Below are positions 25,400-36,265 of a stretch of 64,000 bases of DNA, piece by piece. The position numbers and the translations under genes were made by a program. Below the pieces are notes generated by a model, which saw only the letters and a list, made by a program, of their open reading frames with translations, made no database searches and was not told the origin of the DNA. Source of the stretch: Caecitellus pseudoparvulus (taxonomy: Eukaryota > Protista > Bigyra: Bicosoecida); NCBI GenBank assembly GCA_965644315.1, contig CBFFRQ010000071.1, positions 1-64,000 on the forward strand, written 5' to 3'. Every line of letters starts with the position of its first letter. Within the stretch, counting starts at the first letter, position 1.

Positions 25400-28300
25400 A
25401 TGCGCAAGGGTCGGTTCGGCAGCTCTGCCTTCCTGGCCTGCGTCCTCGTTGCCCTGCTGGAAACAGGCGCTCCATGCTCCACCAGCCCCGGCGGCTGCTC
25501 AGATAGCACCTCAGATGACAGCACAGGCCTGCAGGGCTTGCCGTACATTCACCAGGTGTACCGTGAAGACGACCCGTGCCCCGCTGGCTGGGTGCCGGCG
25601 CAGACGCACTGCCTTCGTGCAGTGCCCCCCACACCCGGGTTCACAGCTGCCGCCGCTGCCGCCGCGTGCGCCGCCCTGCACGCCGATGCATACCCTTTCC
25701 CCATTGCTACACCGCAAGATCAGTCGGTGGTCACTGCCTTTGTCGACCTGCAGCCCGGACAACGCGCGTGGATCGGGTGCGAGTTCGCAGGCGACATTTC
25801 CCTTCCCAACTACGGCAAGTTCTTCCTCGCCGACGGCAGCCCTGGCAAGGCCACCTTCTGGGATGCCGCCATCGGGCCGATTGACTTTGCCCCTGGTGCC
25901 CAGTGCTACCTGCAGGCGCCTGCAGAGGGGGGCAAGTGGGGCTTGGCGCCAGGCGGAGTGCCTGCGCCGGGCTTTGCGTACGGCGTCACCTGCGCATTGG
26001 CAGCGAGGCCGAAGCACGTGGCGTCAGGCGCAGATGCCTGCGAGGCTGGCATGGGCAGGGGGTGGAGGTACCTCAAAGACGCCTCTGACTCCACTGGGCA
26101 GTGCTTTGCGGCGCTGCCTGACGAGATGGACGCCAGCCAAGCTGGTGACGCGTGCGCCGCCGTGGGAGGCACTCTCGCAGGAGTCGGTGACAACACACAG
26201 AACAACAAACTTCGCCGCCTGGCCTGGCACCCACTAGAAGATGACGCTTCCTTCACGTGGTTGGGCATCAGCCGGTCCACCACGGCTCTCCCGGGGCAGC
26301 CTGGTGTGTGTGGTTGGTGGGAAGAGCACAGTGACAGTGCAGCTGCATTCGGGAACTGGGATCCAGCTGATCCACACGGCACCACCTGCCTTGCGTCCCC
26401 CCTTCGGGCACGCATGATGCCAGACGGGACGTGGTCTTCAGCTTCTGATCTCACGTTGAATGGTTGGGCAGCTTGCCAGCTGAACGTCCTGGGTGACTTC
26501 CAGACGATGCTGAACTCCAACCCGCTGGGCCAGGCGGCGTTTGTGCCCCCCCGCCAAGCTGGCCCCCATGTCCTGGCCTCTGTTCCTGGCTCGTTGCTTG
26601 GTGGCTTGTTTGGCTCCACCATGTGCTCCCTGCAGGCACTTGGCGGCGCCAAGATGCTGTTCTTTGTGCTCACTGCGCGCGACGGACAGGGCTGGGCGCC
26701 AGGCTGGGAGGCGGAGGTCATCGACGGCTCAGGTGGGCGCACGACCCTGCAGCACCCGGAACATGGGTACTCGACGCAACAGTTCAAGTGCTTCCGTCTG
26801 AGCATATTCAACTGCCCTCGCCTCGAAGTGAGGGGTGGAGTGTCTGGGACCGGAGCGAACATTGCGGTGACAGTGTACTTCGCCGACAGCGGCACAAACA
26901 ACGGGCGGCTCATCGCCCATGCCGAGGGAGATGATGCAACAGCGTTCTTTGCCCTCCCTGGTGCAACTGGCTGTGGGGCTTCCCCTGCCCCTTCAGCCAT
27001 GGTGACTCCTAGCACCTCGCCATCTGTCACGCCGAGCAATTCTGGCACGCCATCAGCCTCCACGTCAGCAGCTGTCACAGGCACGCCATCGGCCTCCACC
27101 TCTGCAGCTGTCACAGGCACGCCATCGGCCTCCACCTCTGCAGCTGTCACAGGCACGCCATCGGCCTCCACCTCTGCAGGTGTGACGGGCACGCCATCGG
27201 CATCAGCCTCCACCTCTGCAACTGTGACGGGCACGCCATCGGCATCAGCCTCCACCTCTGCAGCTGTGACGGGCACGCCATCGGCATCAGCCTCCACCTC
27301 TGCAGCTGTGACGGGCACGCCATCGGCCTCCACCTCTGCAGCTGTCACGGGCACGCCATCGGCATCAGCCTCCACCTCTGCAGCTGTGACGGGCACGCCA
27401 TCGGCATCATCCTCTGCAGGTGTGACGGGCACGCCATCGGCCTCCACCTCTGCAGCTGTCACAGGCACGCCATCGGCCTCCACCTCTGCAGCTGTCACAG
27501 GCACGCCATCGGCCTCCACCTCTGCAGGTGTGACGGGCACGCCATCGGCATCATCCTCTGCAGGTGTGACGGGCACGCCATCGGCATCAGCCTCGACGTC
27601 AGCAGCTGTGACGGGCACGCCGTCAGCCTCCACGTCAGCCGCTGTGACTGGCACGCCGTCAGCCTTCACATCAGCTGCTGTCACGGGCACGCCGTCAGCC
27701 TCCACGTCAGCAGCTGTCACGGGCACGCCGTCAGCCTCCACGTCAGCTGCAGCTACCAACACACCCTTTCCATTGTGGCCAGGCGGCCCGACAGCAAGCC
27801 CAGGCAGCAGCTCTGCTCCTCCAGGGACGCGTATTGGGCCACTTCCAGGAAGATTCACTCCGGCTCCATCTCAAGCACCATCACCAGCCCTGGAGAGTGC
27901 GGGGAGCGATGACGGGCGAGACGAGGGCGTGGCAGGGGACGACGAGGTGGTGGAGGAGGAGGGGCCGGGGCGGACCCGGACCGGTGGCGGGGATACGGAC
28001 ACATCGTGGGAGATTGGCGTCATCTCCAGCGTCTCCATCACGGCATTCCTCATGCTGGCTGTCATGGCCGTGTGCTGTTGCAAGTGCTTCACAAGGCAGC
28101 CCAAGGTGCGGCCGGCCCCCCTGCGCCGACGGGCCAGCTCGGCAAGCGACAAGATCGAAGTGTGCACTGACAGCGACTCAGACAAGCCGCCCAAACCCGC
28201 ACCCGAGCTGCTGCCTCCTTCGGCCATTCACGCGGCAGGCGCCGGCACAAAGTTGACCGAAGCCACGGTGGTGACGCTGGAAGACGCAGGCACCTGGGCT

Positions 28301-28468
28301 CATCGCTCCGACATCACGACCCAGTCTCGCGGCGAAACCCTGTCTGACGTGGACGATGGCTGGCTGGAGCAGGCGTACGGGTTCGATTCTGACGATGACC
28401 CGTCGCTGCAGTTTACCGACATTATCATCGTGTCGCCAGCGAGCGCCCGATCAGCCAAGTCGCAGTAG
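25400..28468 (+). CDS. Type I membrane protein: signal peptide, two C-type lectin-like domains, beta-rich domain, mucin-like stalk, TM helix, cytoplasmic tail
   Basis: Hydrophobic N-terminus (AFLACVLVALL). CTLD motifs CPAGW...HCL...AWIG and GWRY...QCF...AGDACAAVGGTLA...TWLGI...FGNW. S/T/A repeats. TM IGVISSVSITAFLMLAVMAV followed by CCCKC. Confidence 0.85.
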   Translation: MRKGRFGSSAFLACVLVALLETGAPCSTSPGGCSDSTSDDSTGLQGLPYIHQVYREDDPCPAGWVPAQTHCLRAVPPTPGFTAAAAAAACAALHADAYPFPIATPQDQSVVTAFVDLQPGQRAWIGCEFAGDISLPNYGKFFLADGSPGKATFWDAAIGPIDFAPGAQCYLQAPAEGGKWGLAPGGVPAPGFAYGVTCALAARPKHVASGADACEAGMGRGWRYLKDASDSTGQCFAALPDEMDASQAGDACAAVGGTLAGVGDNTQNNKLRRLAWHPLEDDASFTWLGISRSTTALPGQPGVCGWWEEHSDSAAAFGNWDPADPHGTTCLASPLRARMMPDGTWSSASDLTLNGWAACQLNVLGDFQTMLNSNPLGQAAFVPPRQAGPHVLASVPGSLLGGLFGSTMCSLQALGGAKMLFFVLTARDGQGWAPGWEAEVIDGSGGRTTLQHPEHGYSTQQFKCFRLSIFNCPRLEVRGGVSGTGANIAVTVYFADSGTNNGRLIAHAEGDDATAFFALPGATGCGASPAPSAMVTPSTSPSVTPSNSGTPSASTSAAVTGTPSASTSAAVTGTPSASTSAAVTGTPSASTSAGVTGTPSASASTSATVTGTPSASASTSAAVTGTPSASASTSAAVTGTPSASTSAAVTGTPSASASTSAAVTGTPSASSSAGVTGTPSASTSAAVTGTPSASTSAAVTGTPSASTSAGVTGTPSASSSAGVTGTPSASASTSAAVTGTPSASTSAAVTGTPSAFTSAAVTGTPSASTSAAVTGTPSASTSAAATNTPFPLWPGGPTASPGSSSAPPGTRIGPLPGRFTPAPSQAPSPALESAGSDDGRDEGVAGDDEVVEEEGPGRTRTGGGDTDTSWEIGVISSVSITAFLMLAVMAVCCCKCFTRQPKVRPAPLRRRASSASDKIEVCTDSDSDKPPKPAPELLPPSAIHAAGAGTKLTEATVVTLEDAGTWAHRSDITTQSRGETLSDVDDGWLEQAYGFDSDDDPSLQFTDIIIVSPASARSAKSQ
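27040..27755 (+). repeat. Coding minisatellite, ~19 units of 36/42 bp (VTGTPSA[SA]STSAA), mucin-like stalk
   Basis: Directly visible tandem repeat with 12-aa and 14-aa unit variants. Confidence 0.95.
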
Positions 28469-28525
28469 ACGGCGCGCCGCGCTTAATTCACTGTCCATGC
28501 ATTGCGGAACACTGCACACCCGACC

Positions 28526-30964
28526 TCACTGCATGGTGGCCATGAACTCCCGCACCTCCGCCAGCTCCCGCTGCCGCCTCGCGTCGTCCCACCCAATCGC
28601 GTCGCCCATGACACTCACCACTCGCTCAGCACACGCCTCCACAGCCTTGGTGTCTGTAAACGCCAGGCGTGTGCGGCGCGCCACAAAGTCTACAGCCTTG
28701 CACGCCATCTCCTGCTCCACAGCGAACACGATCTCAGCTTGCAAGTACGGGTGGCGCGCCACGAGCCGGTGCGTCAACTTGTGGGGGCCCTTGTCCGTGA
28801 CGGCCATCTGAGCCACTTGCAGGGCCCGCGTGCCGTAGTTGTGCACGAGGTGGGTGGCCACGTCCTTGTCCATGCCAAACGTCTCGCGAAGGGTCACCTG
28901 TGTGGGGGGATGGGGGGTGGCGGTAGGGACATGCGGACGGGCGACAGAGAGGCACGGCGCGGGAACGTACCACGATGCGGTCGAACTTCTGGCTGGCGAC
29001 GATGCCCTGGCGATCGGCACCCAGCAGCTGCTTGTTCAGGGTGTCGCTGGGCTGCACCTTGCTGGCGACGAGGGGGAACTGGCGAGGTCGCGCCGCGACC
29101 TCGTCGATGGTGTCCTGGGCCATGGCGCGGTAGGTGGTCCACTTGCCGCCCAGAATGCTGACCAGGCCCGAGTCAGACACCTCCACGCAGTGACTCCGCA
29201 CGAAGTTGCTGGTGTTGCTGCCCTCCCCTGCGCCCTGGCGAGCCGCCGTCGCAGCTGCCGATGCATCCTCCCCCGCCTCCGTCGCTGCCGCCACGGCTGC
29301 ACGGATGGACTCAGTTTCCGCCTTCAGCGTGTCGGACGACTTGACCAGGGGGCGCAGACCTGACCAGGTGGCCTTGACATCCCCCCGACTGACGTTGGTG
29401 GTCAGGTATCGATTGGCTTCCTTCAGGATGAACGAGACATCCTCCTCACTGGCTTCCGGTGTCATGCTCAGCTCGGCAGGGCTGTCAGTGGTGCCGCACA
29501 GCGCGTGGCCCTCCCACGGCAGGAAGAACAGCACACGCCCGTCCTGGGTCTTGGGCACGATGAGTCCCATCTTGTCGGGGCAGAAGTGGTCGGCCATCAC
29601 CACGTGCACGCCAGCTGCCGGCACAATTGCCTCAGCCTGCGTCACGTCATCCATGAGCCGCACAGCATCGGCGAAGGGCCCTGTGGCATTGACCACCACA
29701 CGTGCCTTGACGTTCCACGTGGCGCCAGTGAGTGTGTCTTCCACCACGGCGCCCGTGATGCGCCCAGCGGAGTCCTTCACCAAATCCCGCAACCCAACGT
29801 AGTTCGCAGCCGTGGCGCCAGACTGCGCAGACGTCAAGGCGATCATCAAATTCATGCGCGTGTCATTGTGCATGCCATCGTAGTACACCACAGCCCCTGC
29901 CAACCCCTCAGACTTCAAGTTCGGGAACGCGTACAAAGCCTCTTCCTGCGCAAGGCACACAGGTACTGCGTGAACCACTCTGCAACGCCGCACACCCACA
30001 TCGCTCCGGGCAGGCAACGCACCTTGGAGAGGTACCGACTGGCCGGCAGCACGCGCTTGGAGCCTGCGATGAGGTCGTACATCTTAGCGCCCAGCCACAT
30101 GTACGGCAGCTCCAGCCAGGAGTACGTTGGGATCATGATTGGCATGGCGTGGGCCATGTACGGCGCAGCGTGCAGCAGGTGAGCCCGCTCAGCCAGCGCC
30201 TCCCGCACAAGCTCGAATTGGGAGTAGTCTGAGGCGTGGCGGTGGATGGCGAACGTGGCAAGCGTGCTGAACAAAAGTGCCGCCGGCACTTGAACCACCC
30301 ACCTAGCTCCGTGAAGGCCTTCTCCAAATACCGCACGCCACCGTGGATGAGCTTCGTGCTGCGGCCAGACGTGCCGCTGCCCCAATCAGCCTGTTCGATT
30401 ATGGCCACCGACAGTCCTCGGCTGGCAGCTGTGCAGGGGGGGCAGGCGTGCGAGGCTGCCGGCTCAAACCAGTCAAACGAGGACCAGGCCATCAAGCCAA
30501 GCACGCACCTTCCAGAGCAACCCCAGCTCCAACACAACCACCTGTAACGAACATTGCACGCGTGACGTGGGGCCCGACCGTGCGCAGTCATGGCACCCGC
30601 AGGCGCAGGCCCAAGGTGTGCCTACTTGCTCCGTGCGGAAATTGATCAACACGCACCACCCACGACCAGCACGTCATACTGCTCGCCAGACTTCAGCTTC
30701 TGGATCTGAGAGCGCCGCGAGGGGCATGACCAAGGAATGACCGACGTCCCGTCCTTGCACCTGCCAATGGGGCAAAGTGGAGGTGTGCGCGGGGCACATT
30801 CTGAGGCCGGGCAGCGGGGTGTGCTGCAGCTCTGCGTACTTGATGGCTGAGGTGGAGTACTCCTGCCCACCCTCGTCAGTGGCCCGGAGAGGGGCGGTCC
30901 AGGTCAGTGTGGCTGCAGCCCCTGCTGTGGCGGCAGCGAGAATGCGAGCTGAAGACCCCAACAT
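28526..30964 (-). CDS. GPD2: Mitochondrial FAD-dependent glycerol-3-phosphate dehydrogenase, multi-exon
   Basis: YDVLVVGG (FAD binding), GTSGRSTKLIHGGVRYLEKA, YYDGMHNDTRMN, VVNATGPFADAVR, DGRVLFFLPW, WSGLRPLV, GGKWTTYRAMA and ARRTRLAF, spread over ORFs separated by short GT-AG introns. N-terminus MLGSSARILAAA resembles a mitochondrial presequence. Confidence 0.95.
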
Positions 30965-31297
30965 GACGGCAGCCTTGGTTGTTAGGCCTGGAGTGCAGCG
31001 GAAAAAAGACAGGTCCGGGGGCAAAACGCTCCAAGGTGAAGCAGGCGAGGGAACTCAAAGAGGCCATGCGTGCAAATTTGTACGGTTCACCTTGTGAGTA
31101 TTGGTCACAGGACTTCTTTGCTGCGTAGGCCGTTTGCATGCTGGTGAAGCGGCAGCCGCGTTTCAGCAGAGTTTCGTGCCAAGCTTGCTTAAGAACTAAT
31201 CGCGGTCTGCTCGAACCCGAATTGCACAGGGAATTAGGAATTCCAAGCCATCATTTGAGTAGCACGTTGCGCACCACTTGGACCACTTCATCACAGC
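30965..31297. promoter_or_regulatory. Putative bidirectional promoter between GPD2 and BFR2/AATF
   Basis: 333-bp, relatively AT-rich gap between head-to-head start codons; no specific motif identified. Confidence 0.5.
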
Positions 31298-32935
31298 ATG
31301 TCGACCCGGGCCCATCTGGAATCGCTGGCCGATGCCGTGCTGGGCGGAGGGGAGGAACATGAACATGGCGAGGCAGATGGCACCTCCGCCACGCTACGGG
31401 ATGTGTCGGGCATGGAGGAGCTGGATGCACATGATATGCGCAGAGTGGGCAGCATGCGTGGTATGGATCCAGCGCTGCTGCAGGGCAAGTACCGGGGCAA
31501 GACCAGCAGTCGTGCGGAAATTGAAGAGGCACAGGGTCGGCGCCGACGCAGCACCTCTAAGACTGGCGCCAGGGCTGCTGCCAAGCTGGAACAGATGCAA
31601 GCAGCAGCTCTAGATCTGGATGCCGCTGGTGCGAGTGACAGTTCGGATGACGAGGAGCCAGGCAAGGCAGCAGCATCGGCTGCAGGTGGCGCTGGTCTGG
31701 CTGGCGCTGCGTCAGAAGTCACTGACGAGTTGGTGTTCCTGCAGGGTCAGCAGAAGGCAGCCATGCAGGCCATGAGCCGTTCATCCACCGCCTCTGCAGC
31801 GCAGGGCAAGGCTGCCAAGTCACAGGTGGCACTGTCTGATGCGTTGCTGGAGGGGCGCATTCACCTGCAGAGCGCGCTGGCGGCAGCGGCACGCCTGCCC
31901 GTCGCGGGGGCCCTCGGCGGAGCAAGTGCTGCGCAAAAGCTCATGGAAGCGCACCCAGGCTTGCCAAGTGCTGTGGCCACGGCGCGGGGCGCAGTGGCGG
32001 GGCTGCTGGGAGATCTGCTGGAGCTGCAGTCACTGCTGCTGCCTCGTGTTGGGGTGGTGGCGCAAGCGGTGGCAACGCAGCAGAGCGTGTCACCTGCTGC
32101 ATTGGCGGGCGCGTCCACAGCGGCAGTGCAGGCGGGTGAACCAGACGAGCAGGATGAGGCTGAGAGGCGCCTGTTCCCTGCTGCGTTGCAGGAGTCACTG
32201 GCGGAGTCACAAGCCAAGCGCCCCCGACGCGATGCGTGCACACCCCCACCTTCGCACCTTGACGGTGCGTGGCGTGTTCTGGATGCATCCTGGAACGCCG
32301 CGTCGCCCTTCATGGGGGCTGTGCACAACGCAGCACAGGAGTCAGCCATGCTGGGTGGCGGCGCGAAGCGGGGCTCAAAACGCAGCAGATCGGTGCTGCT
32401 CGCCTCCCTAACGCAGCAGGTGGAGGGAGTCATGTCTGACCCAGCCCGCGTGGCCAGACAAGCCCACCCCTCGGAATATGCTCAGGGCCTGCGGGCTCCG
32501 CTGTGCATGGCGCAGGCGGCGTCAGGCCTCAACGCACCAGAATCAGAGCGGGCCGAAGCCACACAAGCTTGGCGTGAGGGGATCTACGATGATGGTACAT
32601 TCTACCAGGCCCTGCTGAAGGACTTTGTGGCTGCGGCAGCCACGCCATCTGCGGGAGCCAAGGCTGGCGGCGAAACGCAGCAGGGCGGCATGGCCCTCAC
32701 GGCAGGCCGCGGCGACACCGACGTGACTCAGCTGAAGGCCGGGTACAAGCGCGTAGTACGGGATGTGGACCGACGCGCCTCCAAGGGCCGCAAGGTGCGG
32801 TACAAAGTGCACCCGAAACTGACAGGGTTCATGGCACCTGAGCCGTTGGCGCCGAGTCTTGTTCCGGGCGGCGATGGAGAGCGTTTTTCGGTGAACACGG
32901 ATGTTCTTGTTCGGTCCCTCTTCCAGCGCCAGTGA
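31298..32935 (+). CDS. BFR2: BFR2/AATF (Che-1/Traube) small-subunit processome factor
   Basis: YRGKTSSR, QVALSDALLEGRIHLQSAL, IYDDGTFYQALLKDF and VDRRASKGRKVRYKVHPKLTGFMAP (TRAUB C-terminal signature). Confidence 0.92.
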   Translation: MSTRAHLESLADAVLGGGEEHEHGEADGTSATLRDVSGMEELDAHDMRRVGSMRGMDPALLQGKYRGKTSSRAEIEEAQGRRRRSTSKTGARAAAKLEQMQAAALDLDAAGASDSSDDEEPGKAAASAAGGAGLAGAASEVTDELVFLQGQQKAAMQAMSRSSTASAAQGKAAKSQVALSDALLEGRIHLQSALAAAARLPVAGALGGASAAQKLMEAHPGLPSAVATARGAVAGLLGDLLELQSLLLPRVGVVAQAVATQQSVSPAALAGASTAAVQAGEPDEQDEAERRLFPAALQESLAESQAKRPRRDACTPPPSHLDGAWRVLDASWNAASPFMGAVHNAAQESAMLGGGAKRGSKRSRSVLLASLTQQVEGVMSDPARVARQAHPSEYAQGLRAPLCMAQAASGLNAPESERAEATQAWREGIYDDGTFYQALLKDFVAAAATPSAGAKAGGETQQGGMALTAGRGDTDVTQLKAGYKRVVRDVDRRASKGRKVRYKVHPKLTGFMAPEPLAPSLVPGGDGERFSVNTDVLVRSLFQRQ

Positions 32936-32968
32936 GGCGCGCACGCCCCAATGCAGAATCCCTCTTCA

Positions 32969-35900
32969 CTACCCATGCAAACCAATTGTGCTGTCCAGCG
33001 GCAGCGGAATCCCCTCCGCTTCCATTTGATCCAGTCGCCCCAACATGCGTGTGCGCCGTGCAGTGGCTTGCTTGTTCAGCGCCAACCCTGCAACTTTGTC
33101 CACACCGCCCAGGCGGTCCCAGAAACGCCCCCGCAAGTCACTCTCCTGTGGCGGTGCGTCCACATCAGGCACGTCGCCCAGCGCAGCCGTTAACGAAGCT
33201 CGTGCCGAGTCAGGGCGCACACCCAGCCGGGACAAGCAGGGCACTCGAAACGCATCACTGCTGCTCGGCGGCACCCGCGCAGACGTCGACCCATGCCTGG
33301 TACCGTGCGTTTCAGCATGGTCACCTTCTCGCCCCCCCTTCCGGCGCAGCTGTGCGTGCTCATCCCCTGCCCGCAGCGCCCGGGCTTCTTGCATGGCTTG
33401 CTTTGTCTCGGCTGACAGGCCAGCCATAGTCGCCGCCTGCACGGCGCGGAACTGCCGCGGACGGGTGGTCGCGGAAATTGACCCGGCCCCCCCGCCATGC
33501 ACCCCGCTCAACGCACCACTGGCCTCGTACTGCGACGCCGCCTGGCCCAGCTGCCGCCGAGCAGAGTGCACTGTCGTGGCTGCTCCCAGCACCCGCCCCC
33601 ACCGGTCCTGCAGTGACTCCACCTGCGACCGCAATGGGCCCATGGCGCGCTGAGCCGCATCTCCCGCCGCATGCGTGAAGTCCACTGCGAGCTGCTGCCT
33701 GTGGTGTGCGGCTTGCGTCAGTGCTTTGAACGCCTGCACGCGCTGCATGGCAGAAGACAGGGCCTGGGCCGCGTCGCTTTCTGCTGCGTTTCCGGCGGGG
33801 GAGCTGTGCAACGCATCCGGAAGGAAACGTCCCTTGCTGGGCGGTTGTGATGACTTTGGCGAGGGTTGCGCGAAGTGGCCACGTCGCCTGCGCCGAGTCA
33901 GCCCCACTGGGGTAGCGGTATCTGACTGCAGCTGCTGCGTTGGCGGTGTTGGCGCCATTGTGGCCGAGGGTGACACCGCATCCTGCGCAGCACTGTACAG
34001 TGACCCCAGCTCCCCGGACCCGGGCCGCCCGGAGCGCACTGGCGCCTTGCTCCGCCGTCCCAGCTGACGACGCCTGCCTGAGCGTGGCTTTTGATTTTGA
34101 ACCCCCTCCTGCCGCGCTGAGGTGACTCCGCTCCCACACGCTGACGCCACGCCTCTCGCCGCCGCAACGGACGGCGGGTCAGCGGCCTCTGCTGCTGACA
34201 GGAGGGACTGCCTGTGACTCGCCTCACGCCTGGCGTGAGCGGCGGCGGCCGCAGCCACGACATCCACTCGTACCTCACCCCCCATGAAGGGGGTTTCAGG
34301 CCCGCCCCGCCCGTCATTAAGCGGAGGGGGGTCACCGTGGTGCCGCCTCGCTCCATCGTCGCTGGCACCCCCCAAAGCGTGCTGCGTGCTCTGTGCAGTG
34401 GATCGCGACGCAAGGGTGAGTGTTCTGCGTGTGGCCGGAACACTGTCTGTACCCACCCCCTTGCCCGTCGTGGCCGCCTGACTCCCCGCCAACGCCACAA
34501 ACCCCGCATTCACCAACGCACCACCAGCCCCCCTGCGTCCCACCGCAGCCGTACCCACCAGGCGCCCTGAGCGGGGACTGCGTTGTGCCAGCACCTCCTC
34601 TACCTGCTGCACACTGCCCAGTGGCACGACGTGCACAGTTTGCAGGGGGGAGTCTGCCGAAGCTGCTTCGTGCGAGCGTTGAAACTCCAGCCGCGCAGCA
34701 CCCTCCAGCGCAGAAAACGAGCCAGGGGCAGTCTTGGTCCACTTCTTTACAATGGAAGACGCCTGCCGGGGTCGTCTGCGACCTGCACCTCGGCGTTTCT
34801 TCGATGTCGGCTGCCCAATACTCCGCTGCAGCTTGGCCAGGCAGCTAGATGGGTCGCTTTGTTGGGTGGCCAGTGGCGCAGCAGAGTGCACTGACTCGCC
34901 CGAACTGGAGGAGGTGCGTCCAGATGCTCGGCTGTCCGGGGCGGCGCCAGGCGGGGTGGCGGCGTGTCGGCCAGGCGCAAAAGAAGCCCCAGAGCGGAAT
35001 TTGCCCCGCAGAGCTACCAAGTCATCGGCTGTCGTGGAGCCTGCCACGCCCTTGGGCGACTTGACGTGCGTGGAGATGTACTGCCCGGCAGCACTGTCGC
35101 CGAGTGCTTCCGCGTCCAAATCGCCGTTGCGCCGGAGCCGCGGCACAAGCGGCAGTGACTCCAACTCGCTCAGAGCGGCCGCGAGCCTAGCCGGGTTCAC
35201 CTGCTCCCTGTGCCCATCCGACTCCTGAGCGCCGGGGCCCTCCCCGGCCAAGAGACCTGCAACGTCGCTGTCAGTCACCGCGGCAATGTGCCGCGCCAGC
35301 TGCTCCGCTGTCGGCGTCGCATCCGCTCCCCGCACCGCTGATGCGTAGGTGGCCAGAGCGCTGGCTGACGGCGACGCCCCAGCCCGCAGCATGTTCCGCA
35401 TGGCAGACCTCAAGATGTGCTTTGGAACACGCCGAGCCGCTGCAGAGCTCATCGCCGCCGCCCGCCCCACACGGGCCTGTCGTAGCTTGCGCGAGAGAGC
35501 GCTGCGCCGAGTGGTCGCAGCGACGGCGTCCTTTGGTTTGGTCAGCCGATCCAACACCAGTTCCCGGAGTTCACGGGGCTTCAACACCCCAGAGGCTTCT
35601 TTACCTGAGGCTTTCAGAGCCTTCAGAACTGCCTCCGGCAGCGCGGCCTTGCCTTGCTTCGCAGCGACCGCCGAGTCCGCAACGGGCAGCGGTCCAATTT
35701 CCGCATGGTTCCCATCGTCTCCTGCTCCCCCGCTCCGCGCCATAGCCACCTGGTCTGCCAGCCACTCCTCCCCATTCAGCCGCAGCAGTGCCTCTGCCCT
35801 AGAGGCCAGTCCTGGCGACAGCTGCAGGGCCGAGGTTGAGTGCCGTGCCGTGTCGAAGGAGACGACGCTGGTGGCTCCTGCCGCAGCAGCCTCGGCCAGC

Positions 35901-36004
35901 AGGCCCTCCAGCTGTGCTCTGCGGGCAGACAACATGCTGAGGGGGGCAGGGGCAGAATCTTGGGCGTCATGTTCGCCCTCCTGAGCTGAGGGCTCCCCCG
36001 CCAT
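32969..36004 (-). CDS. Hypothetical protein 'gene X' (~1010 aa, Ala/Arg-rich); full-length source of the truncated copies in the array
   Basis: Uninterrupted 3-kb ORF convergent with BFR2; ATG at 36004 (MAGEPSAQ) is conserved in the four copies; no recognisable domain. Confidence 0.7.
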   Translation of the reverse strand: MAGEPSAQEGEHDAQDSAPAPLSMLSARRAQLEGLLAEAAAAGATSVVSFDTARHSTSALQLSPGLASRAEALLRLNGEEWLADQVAMARSGGAGDDGNHAEIGPLPVADSAVAAKQGKAALPEAVLKALKASGKEASGVLKPRELRELVLDRLTKPKDAVAATTRRSALSRKLRQARVGRAAAMSSAAARRVPKHILRSAMRNMLRAGASPSASALATYASAVRGADATPTAEQLARHIAAVTDSDVAGLLAGEGPGAQESDGHREQVNPARLAAALSELESLPLVPRLRRNGDLDAEALGDSAAGQYISTHVKSPKGVAGSTTADDLVALRGKFRSGASFAPGRHAATPPGAAPDSRASGRTSSSSGESVHSAAPLATQQSDPSSCLAKLQRSIGQPTSKKRRGAGRRRPRQASSIVKKWTKTAPGSFSALEGAARLEFQRSHEAASADSPLQTVHVVPLGSVQQVEEVLAQRSPRSGRLVGTAAVGRRGAGGALVNAGFVALAGSQAATTGKGVGTDSVPATRRTLTLASRSTAQSTQHALGGASDDGARRHHGDPPPLNDGRGGPETPFMGGEVRVDVVAAAAAAHARREASHRQSLLSAAEAADPPSVAAARGVASACGSGVTSARQEGVQNQKPRSGRRRQLGRRSKAPVRSGRPGSGELGSLYSAAQDAVSPSATMAPTPPTQQLQSDTATPVGLTRRRRRGHFAQPSPKSSQPPSKGRFLPDALHSSPAGNAAESDAAQALSSAMQRVQAFKALTQAAHHRQQLAVDFTHAAGDAAQRAMGPLRSQVESLQDRWGRVLGAATTVHSARRQLGQAASQYEASGALSGVHGGGAGSISATTRPRQFRAVQAATMAGLSAETKQAMQEARALRAGDEHAQLRRKGGREGDHAETHGTRHGSTSARVPPSSSDAFRVPCLSRLGVRPDSARASLTAALGDVPDVDAPPQESDLRGRFWDRLGGVDKVAGLALNKQATARRTRMLGRLDQMEAEGIPLPLDSTIGLHG

Positions 36005-36265
36005 GGCCCCTCCTGTGTGGTGAACTGTGGCGGTGTGCGATGCGTTTCGCTTCGTTTCAGAGCGCAGCCAGATCAAGCGACGTGAGAAGGGGCTTGGCCA
36101 ACAGCACACCAGCAAGGGGCAAAATACGTCAAAATAACCTTACGCCAAGCAGTTATGGTGCAGGCATCTCAATTGTGTCCGGCTCCGCTCGACCTGGCCG
36201 TCCAAGCACACGGTATGTGTGTAAGTTTCTCACATGCTGCATTGGGCTGTGCGGGAAGCCTGGAA

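Noticed and set aside
25906-27858. 650-aa minus-strand ORF with ADGVPVTAAEVE repeats
   Set aside because: Antisense reading of the mucin repeat of the lectin gene.
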